From positions 2,431 through 66,430 of the forward strand of contig JBOFRN010000045.1 of assembly GCA_051651025.1 (NCBI GenBank): a stretch of 64,000 nt of DNA. The letters are read 5' to 3'. The stretch is from Phocaeicola sp. (GTDB lineage Bacteria; Bacteroidota; Bacteroidia; Bacteroidales; Bacteroidaceae). Of the stretch, positions 1 to 8,292 are shown piece after piece (the stretch's first letter is position 1; each line of letters begins with the position of its first letter). The notes below the pieces were generated by a model. That model ran no database searches. It had not been told where the DNA came from and saw only the letters and a list, made by a program, of their open reading frames with translations. A program made the translations under genes and the position numbers.

Positions 1-1
1 A

Positions 2-235
2 GGTAACGGTCCAGTTGATGCTGCTATTACTGCATTGAAAAAGATTATTAATCGTCAAATGACTTTGAAAGAGTTCACTATTCAGGCTATTAGTAAAGGA
101 AGTGATGACATTGGTAAGGTACACATGCAAGTGGAATACGACAACCAAATTTATTATGGATTTGGAGCAAACACAGACATTATCGCTGCTTCGGCAGAGG
201 CCTACATAGACTGCATTAATAAATTTAAAAGATAA
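2..235 (+). CDS. leuA: 2-isopropylmalate synthase, C-terminal fragment (5' part lies outside the window)
   Basis: The frame is open from the window edge to TAA 233-235. The tail GNGPVDAAITALKKII...YYGFGANTDIIAASAEAYIDCINKF resembles the LeuA C-terminal regulatory domain. It directly precedes leuC-leuD. Confidence 0.7.
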   Translation, partial: GNGPVDAAITALKKIINRQMTLKEFTIQAISKGSDDIGKVHMQVEYDNQIYYGFGANTDIIAASAEAYIDCINKFKR

Positions 236-247
236 ACTTGATATAAA

Positions 248-1627
248 ATGGCAAATACACTATTTGATAAAATTTGGGATGCGCATGTAGTGCAACAAGT
301 AGAAGAGGGACCTACACAACTTTACATCGACCGTTTGTATTGTCACGAGGTGACAAGTCCGCAAGCTTTTGATGGAATGCGTGAACGTGGATTGAAATGT
401 TTCCGCCCCGATCATATCTATTGCATGCCCGATCACAACACACCTACACACGACCAAGACAAACCTATTGAGGATCCTATTTCGAAGAAACAGGTAGACA
501 CGTTGGCAAAGAATGCAGCCGATTTTGGTTTGACTCACTTTGGTATGTTAGATAAACGCAACGGTATCATACACGTAGTTGGTCCCGAGCGTGGATTAAC
601 TTTACCTGGTATGACCATTGTTTGTGGTGACTCACATACCTCTACTCACGGTGCCATGGGAGCAGTTGCTTTCGGTATTGGTACGAGTGAAGTGGAGATG
701 GTAATGGCTTCGCAATGTATTTTGCAATCTCGCCCTATGACTATGCGCATTACGGTAGATGGGGAGTTGAAGAAAGGTGTAACCGCAAAGGATTTGGCTC
801 TCTACATGATGGCAAAACTTACGACAAGTGGAGCAACAGGCTACTTTATTGAGTATGCAGGCGAGACGGTTCGTAACTTAAGCATGGAGGGACGTTTGAC
901 CCTTTGTAACTTGAGTATTGAAATGGGTGCTCGCGGAGGTATGATTGCTCCCGATGAGATTACTTTTGAGTACATTAAAGGAAGAGAACATACACCTGTG
1001 GGTGAAGCATGGGAAAAATCGGTTACTTACTGGAAAACATTGAAGAGTGACGATGATGCAACCTTCGATAAGGAGATCACTTTTGACGCTGCCGATATTG
1101 AACCGATGATTACCTACGGTACCAATCCTGGTATGGGAATGGGAATAACTCAATCTATTCCTGTAGAAGAGAGTGCTTCGTTCCAAAAATCAATGGAGTA
1201 TATGGGCTTTCAAGGTGGAGAGCGCTTACTTGGAAAGAAAATCGATTATGTGTTTTTAGGTGCTTGTACGAATGGACGTATTGAAGACTTCCGTGCTTTT
1301 GCTTCGATGGTAGAAGGTAAACAAAAAGCAGCACATGTAATTGCTTGGTTGGTTCCTGGTTCGTGGATGGTCGATGCACAAATCCGTGAAGAGGGGCTTG
1401 ATACGATTTTGGAAGCGGCTGGTTTTGCTATCCGCCAACCCGGTTGTTCAGCTTGTTTGGCTATGAACGACGATAAGATTCCTGCTGGTAAATACTCGGT
1501 ATCGACAAGTAACCGTAATTTTGAAGGAAGACAAGGACCTGGAGCCCGTACGTTATTGGCTAGCCCTTTGGTAGCCGCAGCCGCAGCCGTAACTGGCGTA
1601 ATAACCGATCCTAGAAGTTTAATGTAA
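248..1627 (+). CDS. leuC: 3-isopropylmalate dehydratase large subunit
   Basis: 459-aa ORF with aconitase-type motifs [18 protein letters not shown] and GCSACLAMN (Fe-S cysteines). leuD follows 20 nt later. Confidence 0.95.
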   Translation: MANTLFDKIWDAHVVQQVEEGPTQLYIDRLYCHEVTSPQAFDGMRERGLKCFRPDHIYCMPDHNTPTHDQDKPIEDPISKKQVDTLAKNAADFGLTHFGMLDKRNGIIHVVGPERGLTLPGMTIVCGDSHTSTHGAMGAVAFGIGTSEVEMVMASQCILQSRPMTMRITVDGELKKGVTAKDLALYMMAKLTTSGATGYFIEYAGETVRNLSMEGRLTLCNLSIEMGARGGMIAPDEITFEYIKGREHTPVGEAWEKSVTYWKTLKSDDDATFDKEITFDAADIEPMITYGTNPGMGMGITQSIPVEESASFQKSMEYMGFQGGERLLGKKIDYVFLGACTNGRIEDFRAFASMVEGKQKAAHVIAWLVPGSWMVDAQIREEGLDTILEAAGFAIRQPGCSACLAMNDDKIPAGKYSVSTSNRNFEGRQGPGARTLLASPLVAAAAAVTGVITDPRSLM

Positions 1628-1647
1628 TTCCTAAAGCAGACATCCTT

Positions 1648-2244
1648 ATGAAACAGAAATTTGATATAATTACAAGCACTTGTATCCCTCTTCCACTTGA
1701 GAATGTGGATACGGATCAAATCATTCCAGCTCGCTTTTTAAAGGCGACAACCCGTGAAGAGAAATTCTTTGGCGATAATCTTTTCCGCGATTGGCGTTAC
1801 CATCCTGATGGTACATTAAATACCGATTTCGTACTTAATGATCCTACATACAGTGGCGAAATATTGGTGGCAGGTAAGAACTTTGGTTCAGGGTCCAGTC
1901 GCGAGCATGCTGCTTGGGCCATTGCTGGATATGGATTCAGAGTGGTAGTTTCGAGCTTCTTTGCCGATATCCATAAGAACAATGAATTGAATAACTTTGT
2001 ACTTCCTGTGGTGGTGAGCGAAGCTTTTTTGCAAGAGATCTTTGACTCCATTGCTGCCAACCCTCAAACTGAGTTGGAGGTGAATTTGCCCACACAAACC
2101 ATCACCAACAAGGCGACTGGTACAAGTGAATCTTTTGAAATAAATAGCTATAAGAAGCATTGCTTGATGAATGGCCTAGATGATATTGACTTTTTGGTAA
2201 GCCACAAAGATAAAATCGAAGCATGGGAAGAAGCGTCCAAATAG
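1648..2244 (+). CDS. leuD: 3-isopropylmalate dehydratase small subunit
   Basis: 198-aa ORF with the swivel-domain pattern GKNFGSGSSREHAAWA. Its operon position is immediately after leuC. Confidence 0.95.
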   Translation: MKQKFDIITSTCIPLPLENVDTDQIIPARFLKATTREEKFFGDNLFRDWRYHPDGTLNTDFVLNDPTYSGEILVAGKNFGSGSSREHAAWAIAGYGFRVVVSSFFADIHKNNELNNFVLPVVVSEAFLQEIFDSIAANPQTELEVNLPTQTITNKATGTSESFEINSYKKHCLMNGLDDIDFLVSHKDKIEAWEEASK

Positions 2245-3755
2245 AGATCATGGATACAACCCTCCGCGATGGTGAACAGACCAGCGGAGTCTCCTTTGTA
2301 CCTCATGAAAAGTTAATGATCGCTCGTCTTCTGGTAGAGGATGTGAAAGTCGATCGTATTGAAGTAGCTTCGGCACGTGTATCGGATGGTGAATTTGAAG
2401 CGGTTCGAATTATCAGTGATTGGGCGGCTCGCCGTAATCTGTTACACAAAATAGAGGTGCTTGGTTTTGTGGATGGCAAGAATTCGGTCGATTGGATTCA
2501 TGCTACGGGCTGTCGGGTTATGAATCTTTTGTGTAAGGGATCCTATAAGCATTGCACACAGCAACTTAAGAAAGATCCTGAGCAACATATCCGTGAAATT
2601 ATAGAGGTGGTGAATTATGCTAGCTCCATGGATCTCACGGTCAATGTATACTTGGAGGATTGGAGTAGCGGTATGAAGGATAAGCCTGAGTATGTTTTCC
2701 AAATGGTAGATGCTCTGCAAAATACGGCTATCAAACGCTTTATGCTGCCCGATACACTGGGTATCTTGAATCCCTTGCAGGTGATTGAATTCATGCGAAA
2801 GATGAAGAAAAGATATCCAACCCTTCATTTTGACTTTCATGCACACAATGACTACGATTTAGCAGTTAGTAATGTACTAGCAGCTGTTCTTAGTGGGGTA
2901 GCAGGTCTGCATACCACCATTAATGGACTTGGAGAGCGTGCAGGTAATGCGCCCCTCTCGAGTGTACAAGCTATTCTGAAAGACCACTTTAGTGCTACTA
3001 CCAACATTGACGAAAGTAGACTGAATGATGTAAGTCGGGTGGTAGAATCTTACTCTGGTATTGTTATCCCTGCCAATCAACCTATTGTGGGTGAGAATGT
3101 TTTCACCCAAGTAGCTGGAGTACATGCCGATGGTGATAATAAGAACAACCTCTACTGTAACGAGCTTTTGCCAGAACGATTTGGCCGCAAACGTGAATAT
3201 GCCTTAGGTAAAACGAGTGGCAAAGCCAATATCCGTAAGAACTTAGAAGATTTAGGCTTGGAGCTCGATGAGGATTCTATGCGAAAGGTTACGGAGCGAA
3301 TCATTGAGTTGGGCGATAAGAAGGAGTTGGTAACGCAAGAAGATCTTCCTTACATTGTATCCGATGTATTAAAGCATGGGGTATCGGATGATAGAGTGAA
3401 ATTGACCAGTTACATTATGAACTTGGCTCATGGACTCCGTCCGATGGCTGCCTTGAAGATCGAAATAAATGGAGTAGAGTACGAAGAGAGCTCAAGTGGT
3501 GATGGTCAGTATGATGCCTTCGTGCGTGCCCTTCGTAAAGTATATAAAAATACGCTTGGACGCAAATTCCCCATGCTTACCAACTATGCGGTAACCATTC
3601 CTCCGGGCGGACGTACTGATGCCTTTGTACAAACGGTGATTACCTGGAGTTTTGAAGGAAAAGTGTTTCGTACTAGGGGGTTGGATGCCGACCAAACGGA
3701 GGCAGCTATTAAAGCTACGCTGAAAATGCTTAACATTTTAGAGAAGGAGTTATGA
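2223..3755 (+). CDS. cimA: (R)-citramalate synthase-like / 2-isopropylmalate synthase paralogue
   Basis: 510-aa ORF with an HMGL-type N-terminus (IMDTTLRDGEQTSGVSF, HAHNDYDLAVSN, GLGERAGNAPL) and a C-terminal LeuA_dimer-like domain. From memory it aligns well with the Leptospira-type CimA. The ATG at 2223 overlaps leuD by 22 nt; an alternative ATG at 2250 lies 5 nt after the leuD stop. Confidence 0.75.
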   Translation: MGRSVQIEIMDTTLRDGEQTSGVSFVPHEKLMIARLLVEDVKVDRIEVASARVSDGEFEAVRIISDWAARRNLLHKIEVLGFVDGKNSVDWIHATGCRVMNLLCKGSYKHCTQQLKKDPEQHIREIIEVVNYASSMDLTVNVYLEDWSSGMKDKPEYVFQMVDALQNTAIKRFMLPDTLGILNPLQVIEFMRKMKKRYPTLHFDFHAHNDYDLAVSNVLAAVLSGVAGLHTTINGLGERAGNAPLSSVQAILKDHFSATTNIDESRLNDVSRVVESYSGIVIPANQPIVGENVFTQVAGVHADGDNKNNLYCNELLPERFGRKREYALGKTSGKANIRKNLEDLGLELDEDSMRKVTERIIELGDKKELVTQEDLPYIVSDVLKHGVSDDRVKLTSYIMNLAHGLRPMAALKIEINGVEYEESSSGDGQYDAFVRALRKVYKNTLGRKFPMLTNYAVTIPPGGRTDAFVQTVITWSFEGKVFRTRGLDADQTEAAIKATLKMLNILEKEL

Positions 3756-3853
3756 AAAAAGGTGCAATTTATCTCATAATCGTTCTTGCTTCGTTCGCTA
3801 TAGCTGCCTTGTTGCATTTATTGGATAAAAAGAAAGAATCAGAAATAAAATAA
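3752..3853 (+). CDS. Candidate small membrane peptide (33 aa), below the ORF-track length cutoff
   Basis: ATG 3752-3754 overlaps the cimA-like stop TGA 3753-3755 (ATGA). GAGAAGGAG lies just upstream. The peptide is MKKGAIYLIIVLASFAIAALLHLLDKKKESEIK: a KK N-terminus, a roughly 20-aa hydrophobic helix and a charged tail. It stops 14 nt before the leuB ATG. Confidence 0.3.
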   Translation: MKKGAIYLIIVLASFAIAALLHLLDKKKESEIK

Positions 3854-3867
3854 ATATAGAATAGAAG

Positions 3868-4929
3868 ATGGAATTAAAAATTGCTGTATTGGCCGGTGAT
3901 GGTATCGGACCAGAGATTGCAGAACAAGGGGTAGCGGTAATGGATGCCGTTTGCCAAAAGTTTGGACACAAAGTAAGTTTTGAACACGCTATATGCGGGG
4001 CTGCTGCCATTGATGCAGTAGGCGATCCTTATCCTGAAGCTACACACGAGGTGTGTAAAAATGCCGATGCCGTTTTGTTTGCTGCAATTGGTGATCCTAA
4101 GTTTGATAACAATCCTACAGCAACGGTACGTCCTGAGCAAGGCTTGCTAGCTATGCGTAAAAAGTTGGGTCTGTTTGCCAATGTACGCCCTGTTCAAACT
4201 TTTAAATGTTTGATTCACAAATCGCCTTTGCGTCCGGAATTGGTAGAAAAGGCTGATTTTGTATGTATTCGCGAGCTAACAGGAGGTATGTACTTTGGGG
4301 AGAAATACCAGGATGATGACAAAGCATACGATACCAATATGTATACTCGTCCAGAAATTGAGCGTATCTTGAAAGTAGCGTATGAATATGCCATGATGCG
4401 TCGCAAGCACTTAACTGTGGTTGACAAGGCAAATGTATTGGCCTCTTCACGTTTGTGGAGAAAAATAGCTCAAGAGATGGCTCCTAGCTATCCAGAAGTA
4501 ACCACTGAATATATGTATGTGGACAATGCAGCGATGCGTATGATTCAGGAGCCTGCATTCTTCGATGTAATGGTAACTGAAAATACATTTGGTGATATCT
4601 TGACGGATGAAGGTTCGGTTATCAGTGGTTCTATGGGCTTGTTGCCTTCGGCTTCTACGGGTGAAGGTACACCGGTATTCGAGCCGATTCACGGATCTTG
4701 GCCACAAGCCAAAGGGTTGAATATTGCCAATCCATTGGCTCAAATCCTTTCTGTAGCCATGTTGTTCGAGCACTTTGGTTTAATGGAAGAGGGTGCCTTG
4801 GTTCGCCAAGCAGTAGATGCTTCACTCGATGCTGAAGTACGTACACCCGAAATCCAAGTAGAAGGGGGTGCCAAGTACGGAACCAAAGAGGTAGGTGAGT
4901 GGATTGTGAATTACATTCAGACAGTGTAA
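3868..4929 (+). CDS. leuB: 3-isopropylmalate dehydrogenase
   Basis: 353-aa ORF with [10 protein letters not shown] at the N-terminus and the [10 protein letters not shown] dehydrogenase signature. It is the last gene of the leu cluster. Confidence 0.95.
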   Translation: MELKIAVLAGDGIGPEIAEQGVAVMDAVCQKFGHKVSFEHAICGAAAIDAVGDPYPEATHEVCKNADAVLFAAIGDPKFDNNPTATVRPEQGLLAMRKKLGLFANVRPVQTFKCLIHKSPLRPELVEKADFVCIRELTGGMYFGEKYQDDDKAYDTNMYTRPEIERILKVAYEYAMMRRKHLTVVDKANVLASSRLWRKIAQEMAPSYPEVTTEYMYVDNAAMRMIQEPAFFDVMVTENTFGDILTDEGSVISGSMGLLPSASTGEGTPVFEPIHGSWPQAKGLNIANPLAQILSVAMLFEHFGLMEEGALVRQAVDASLDAEVRTPEIQVEGGAKYGTKEVGEWIVNYIQTV

Positions 4930-4936
4930 TCTCCTT

Positions 4937-5021
4937 CATTTAACCAATAAATAATTCGCCTTCTAGAGCTTAGAAAAGCTCTAGAAGGCGAATTATTTAT
5001 TGGTTAAATGAATTAATTTTT
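4937..5021 (+). terminator. Intrinsic terminator built on a 33-35 bp perfect inverted repeat
   Basis: Arms 4937-4969 (catttaaccaataaataattcgccttctagagc) and 4978-5010 are exact reverse complements. Two further pairs close the loop down to agaa. A T5 run follows at 5017-5021. The structure starts 8 nt after the leuB stop. Confidence 0.6.
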
Positions 5022-5071
5022 CTAAGAGTGAACTTCTAATCGTGTTAAACCTTTTTGTGACCTTTTTTTTG

Positions 5072-5079
5072 TAGATTTG
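5072..5079 (+). promoter_or_regulatory. Candidate Bacteroidetes -7 box (TAnnTTTG)
   Basis: tagatttg lies 23 nt upstream of the ATG at 5103, with a TTTG at 5054-5057 further upstream. This is a consensus match only. Confidence 0.35.
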
Positions 5080-5102
5080 TATTCATTTAGTATTTCTATT
5101 TC

Positions 5103-7973
5103 ATGAAAAACACCTGTTACCTTCTAATACTTTTTCTGTTTTATCCTATTCTCTCTCTCTCTGCAGAATGGAATAGCTTTGTCCTCAACTTTGATAAAAA
5201 ACGTTATGGGCATGGTTCCCAGACTTGGCAAATTTCTTCTTATAATGAAAACTGGACCTTCTTTGCTAATAAAAAGGGCATGTTACAATTTGATGGAAAT
5301 GAGTGGAAAACATTCCAGATGAATAATAAATTTGATGTTCGTTCAGTGTTAGCTTCTACGTCGCATAAACGTGTTTATGTAGGGGGTATAAATGAATATG
5401 GATTTTATGAGGCGGATGAAATAGGTAATATGAGCTACCATTGTATGTCAGATACAATTGATGATGCTTTTAGATTTATTGGTAATGTGTGGGGTATACA
5501 GGAGATAGATCATATTCTCTATTTTGTCGGAGATAGAAAGGTCGTAAAGTATCTTAATGGAGAATATACTGTTATTGAGGTGGATAAAAAAATAGATTGT
5601 TCGAGTGTTATCAGAGGTACACTTTATATTGGAACAGATGAGGGAGTGTGGGTTTTAATTGGCAATCAGTTTTTTCCTTTGCAAGATGGTGATCTATTGA
5701 AATCCAAAAGAATTCGTGGGTTTGTACCTTATGAGGATGGCATGTTAATAGTCACAGCTTATAATGGACTTTACTACTTTGATGGTCAAAAGTTAGATGT
5801 TTATCATACAGGTGTTGAGGACTTCCTTACACAGAATGAGGTATTTAGTGTTGCGATTAATGAGAGTATGATTGCTTTAGGAACAGTGCATAAAGGAATT
5901 GTTTTGCTTGACATAAAGGATAAACGTGCTAAATATATCAATGAATACAGCGGTCTTTATAATAATACAGTCTTGTCTCTCTATTTTGACACTGAAGGTA
6001 ATCTTTGGGCAGGTCTAGACAATGGCATCAGTTATATCTATTTAAACTCACACTGTACAAATCTCTATGCTCATCCTGATTCATTTGGTACAGGTTATGC
6101 TGCTGAAATCCAAAACGGTTTGCTTTATTTAGGAACTAATCGTGGTCTATACTATACTACTTATCCCGTTCAATTTGTAAACGGTAGAGCTGATATTAAA
6201 GCAATCCCTAATTCAAGTGGACAAGTATGGAACATTTGTAGAGTAGGAGAGGATCTATTTTGTACTCACGATCGCGGTTTATTTAAAATAGAGGGTACAA
6301 CAATGACACGGATAGGCGATATAACAGGAGCATTGAGTTGTAAGCCTCTCTTAAATCGGCCTAATCTTATGTTTATAGGAACTTATTTTGGTCTTTATTT
6401 AGCAAAGAAGGAGATGGGCTCTTGGCACATTATTGGACGCTTCAATGAATTAAATGACTACTGTCGTTTTCTGGAGCAAGAGAACGAGCAAGTGCTTTGG
6501 TACCAGAATGTAGACCATCTAGTACGGATAGAGTTCGATGTCGATCCAATGCGAACGATTAGTCGCAAATCTTATTATGCCAAGGACGGATTACCAGAGA
6601 ATAGTCCAATTAATCTATCTAAAATTAATGATGAGGTTTGTTTTGTCACTAATAGTGGTATTTATCAGTACAACCCTTTTAGCGATAGAATAGAACCGTA
6701 TAGGAAATATGATAATAAGTTAATCAAATCAGCTAATAATCTGAATGTTCTTGAATATGAAAATAATCTAATCAGTTTAACTCCTTTCGAAGTTTGTATC
6801 TCTGATAATGTCAGTTTAAGTGATGAAGAGCTAAGTACTATCTATCCTCTAAATCGTTCCTTTATAGGGTTAGTTCCTACATTTGAAACATTGATTCCCA
6901 TTAATGATTCATTACTAATTATTCCCAATGAAAATGGCTTCGCACTTCTTAAACACTCTGTAACTTCGACTGGAAATAATCACAATGATAAGGTCTTTAT
7001 AAAGAAGGTATATGCAATTGACTCGTTGATATATGTGGCTAATTTTCTTAATAAACGGAACACTTTTGAACTAACAAATACTCAAAATGCCATTCGTTTT
7101 GAATTTGGAGTACCTTATCATAACATAAATGAGGGAATAGAGTATAACTGTAGATTAAATAAGGGTGAATGGTCTTCATCTCTGGTATTACCAATTAAAG
7201 AGTATAATCAGCTATATGAGGGGAAGCATGTTTTTGAAGTAAAAGCCACGCTTCCTGATGGGACAATTTCTATTGATAGCTTTGAATTCACCATTCTTCC
7301 TCCTTGGTATCGAACCACTACTGCTTATGTAATTTATCTGTTACTTCTCTTACTGTCAGGTTGGTTTATATACTATTGGGATAGAAGCCGGATGAGAAGA
7401 AATAAACAAAGGGCTATTTCAGATAAAGAGCGAGAACTGTTGAAGTTGGAACATGATTATGAGCTTGAGAAAGAAGAAAAGGAGCGCCAAATAATGTTGC
7501 TTGAGAAGGAGAAACTAGAACATGAACTTCAACATAAAAGTCAGGAAATAACCAACCTGATGATTAATGTGGTGCGAAAAAATGATATGCTGACAGAAAT
7601 TAAAACAGAGATCCTAAAAGTGATCTCGCAATTAAAATCAGAAGGTTTAAATGAAGGAAAGCAGCAATTAATAATCATTAATAACAAGATTGAATCAAAC
7701 ATTCAGAGTGATGAGGTTCTTAAACGAATCGAGGCCGAATTTGACTTGCTTCATAATAATTTTATGAAAAGGCTTGGTGCCAAACATGGTGATCTTTCAA
7801 ATAACGAGCGTATGATGTGTGCTTATTTAAAGATGAATCTGTCAACAAAAGAAATTGCTCCATTATTAAATATATCTACGCGCGGAGTAGAGACTATCCG
7901 CTATCGGTTGCGTAAAAAGTTTAACTTAGAAAGAGAGGATAGCTTAACTGATTATTTAGAAAATAGGTTGTGA
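5103..7973 (+). CDS. Membrane-anchored sensor/regulator: periplasmic beta-propeller repeats + Y_Y_Y domain, one TM helix, coiled coil, LuxR-type HTH
   Basis: 956-aa ORF with a signal sequence and an N-terminal repeat-rich region typical of two-component-regulator propellers. It has a Y_Y_Y-like segment (IEYNCRLNKGEWS...YEGKHVFEVKA) and a TM helix AYVIYLLLLLLSGWFIYYW (nt about 7320-7385). A K/E-rich coiled coil follows, then a C-terminal LSNNERMMCAYLKMNLSTKEIAPLLNISTRGVETIRYRLRKK HTH. No HisKA/HATPase or receiver motifs were seen. Confidence 0.8.
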   Translation: MKNTCYLLILFLFYPILSLSAEWNSFVLNFDKKRYGHGSQTWQISSYNENWTFFANKKGMLQFDGNEWKTFQMNNKFDVRSVLASTSHKRVYVGGINEYGFYEADEIGNMSYHCMSDTIDDAFRFIGNVWGIQEIDHILYFVGDRKVVKYLNGEYTVIEVDKKIDCSSVIRGTLYIGTDEGVWVLIGNQFFPLQDGDLLKSKRIRGFVPYEDGMLIVTAYNGLYYFDGQKLDVYHTGVEDFLTQNEVFSVAINESMIALGTVHKGIVLLDIKDKRAKYINEYSGLYNNTVLSLYFDTEGNLWAGLDNGISYIYLNSHCTNLYAHPDSFGTGYAAEIQNGLLYLGTNRGLYYTTYPVQFVNGRADIKAIPNSSGQVWNICRVGEDLFCTHDRGLFKIEGTTMTRIGDITGALSCKPLLNRPNLMFIGTYFGLYLAKKEMGSWHIIGRFNELNDYCRFLEQENEQVLWYQNVDHLVRIEFDVDPMRTISRKSYYAKDGLPENSPINLSKINDEVCFVTNSGIYQYNPFSDRIEPYRKYDNKLIKSANNLNVLEYENNLISLTPFEVCISDNVSLSDEELSTIYPLNRSFIGLVPTFETLIPINDSLLIIPNENGFALLKHSVTSTGNNHNDKVFIKKVYAIDSLIYVANFLNKRNTFELTNTQNAIRFEFGVPYHNINEGIEYNCRLNKGEWSSSLVLPIKEYNQLYEGKHVFEVKATLPDGTISIDSFEFTILPPWYRTTTAYVIYLLLLLLSGWFIYYWDRSRMRRNKQRAISDKERELLKLEHDYELEKEEKERQIMLLEKEKLEHELQHKSQEITNLMINVVRKNDMLTEIKTEILKVISQLKSEGLNEGKQQLIIINNKIESNIQSDEVLKRIEAEFDLLHNNFMKRLGAKHGDLSNNERMMCAYLKMNLSTKEIAPLLNISTRGVETIRYRLRKKFNLEREDSLTDYLENRL

Positions 7974-8011
7974 ATCGATGAATAATTAGGTACTTTTTGA
8001 CTCAGTAAAAT

Positions 8012-8061
8012 GGGCTGCTTCAGCGTGATTTCTATAATCACTCTGAGGCAGCTCATTTTTT
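8012..8061 (+). terminator. Rho-independent terminator after the sensor/regulator gene
   Basis: A roughly 19-bp stem (8012-8030 pairs with 8036-8054, one mismatch and two G-T pairs), loop tctat, then T6 at 8056-8061. Confidence 0.75.
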
Positions 8062-8228
8062 GTTCACTCAAAGGGGTAGTTCTTAGATTTTTTTGTTAAT
8101 CGAAGAAGGTTTTTTAATTTGTTGTAAATGAGTGGTTTGTATTGCTTGCGTATTTTTGACGTATTGTTTTATTAAGATCTGCGTGTTTATAAATGGTTCT
8201 TTTTGTTAATTTTCCAACGGTGTGATGT

Positions 8229-8236
8229 TATGTTTG
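8229..8236 (+). promoter_or_regulatory. Candidate -7 box (TAnnTTTG) for the susC-like operon
   Basis: tatgtttg lies 56 nt upstream of the ATG at 8293. A TTTG at 8202-8205 could serve as a -33 element, though the spacing is slightly long. Confidence 0.3.
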
Positions 8237-8292
8237 TACCGCTTGAGAGAGCAAATCTTTAATTCATTGTTAATCTTAATATTTTAGTGTTT

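Noticed and set aside
1246-1719. 157-aa antisense ORF opposite leuC/leuD (and similar long antisense ORFs at 14939-15382, 25996-26436, 26645-27028, 63200-63646)
   Set aside because: Each lies entirely within a strongly supported, motif-bearing gene on the other strand. They have low-complexity or Arg/Ser/Cys-rich translations and no recognisable motifs, which is typical of shadow ORFs.
5151-5162. (CT)6 dinucleotide repeat in the signal-peptide region of the PUL sensor gene, as a possible slipped-strand phase-variation switch
   Set aside because: Six units is short for a contingency locus. It encodes a sensible signal-peptide segment (ILSLSA), and there is no supporting evidence such as length polymorphism. 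Only population or long-read data could revive the idea.
8287-8292. Upstream GTG/TTG starts proposed by the ORF track (8287, 14804, 24923, 25415, 26673, 28492, 36189, 56464)
   Set aside because: In each case a nearby downstream ATG yields a canonical N-terminus (signal peptide, lipobox, PurA MKVDVLLGLQWGDEGKGK and so on). It also removes an overlap with the upstream gene or promoter box. Coordinates in the feature list use the ATG.
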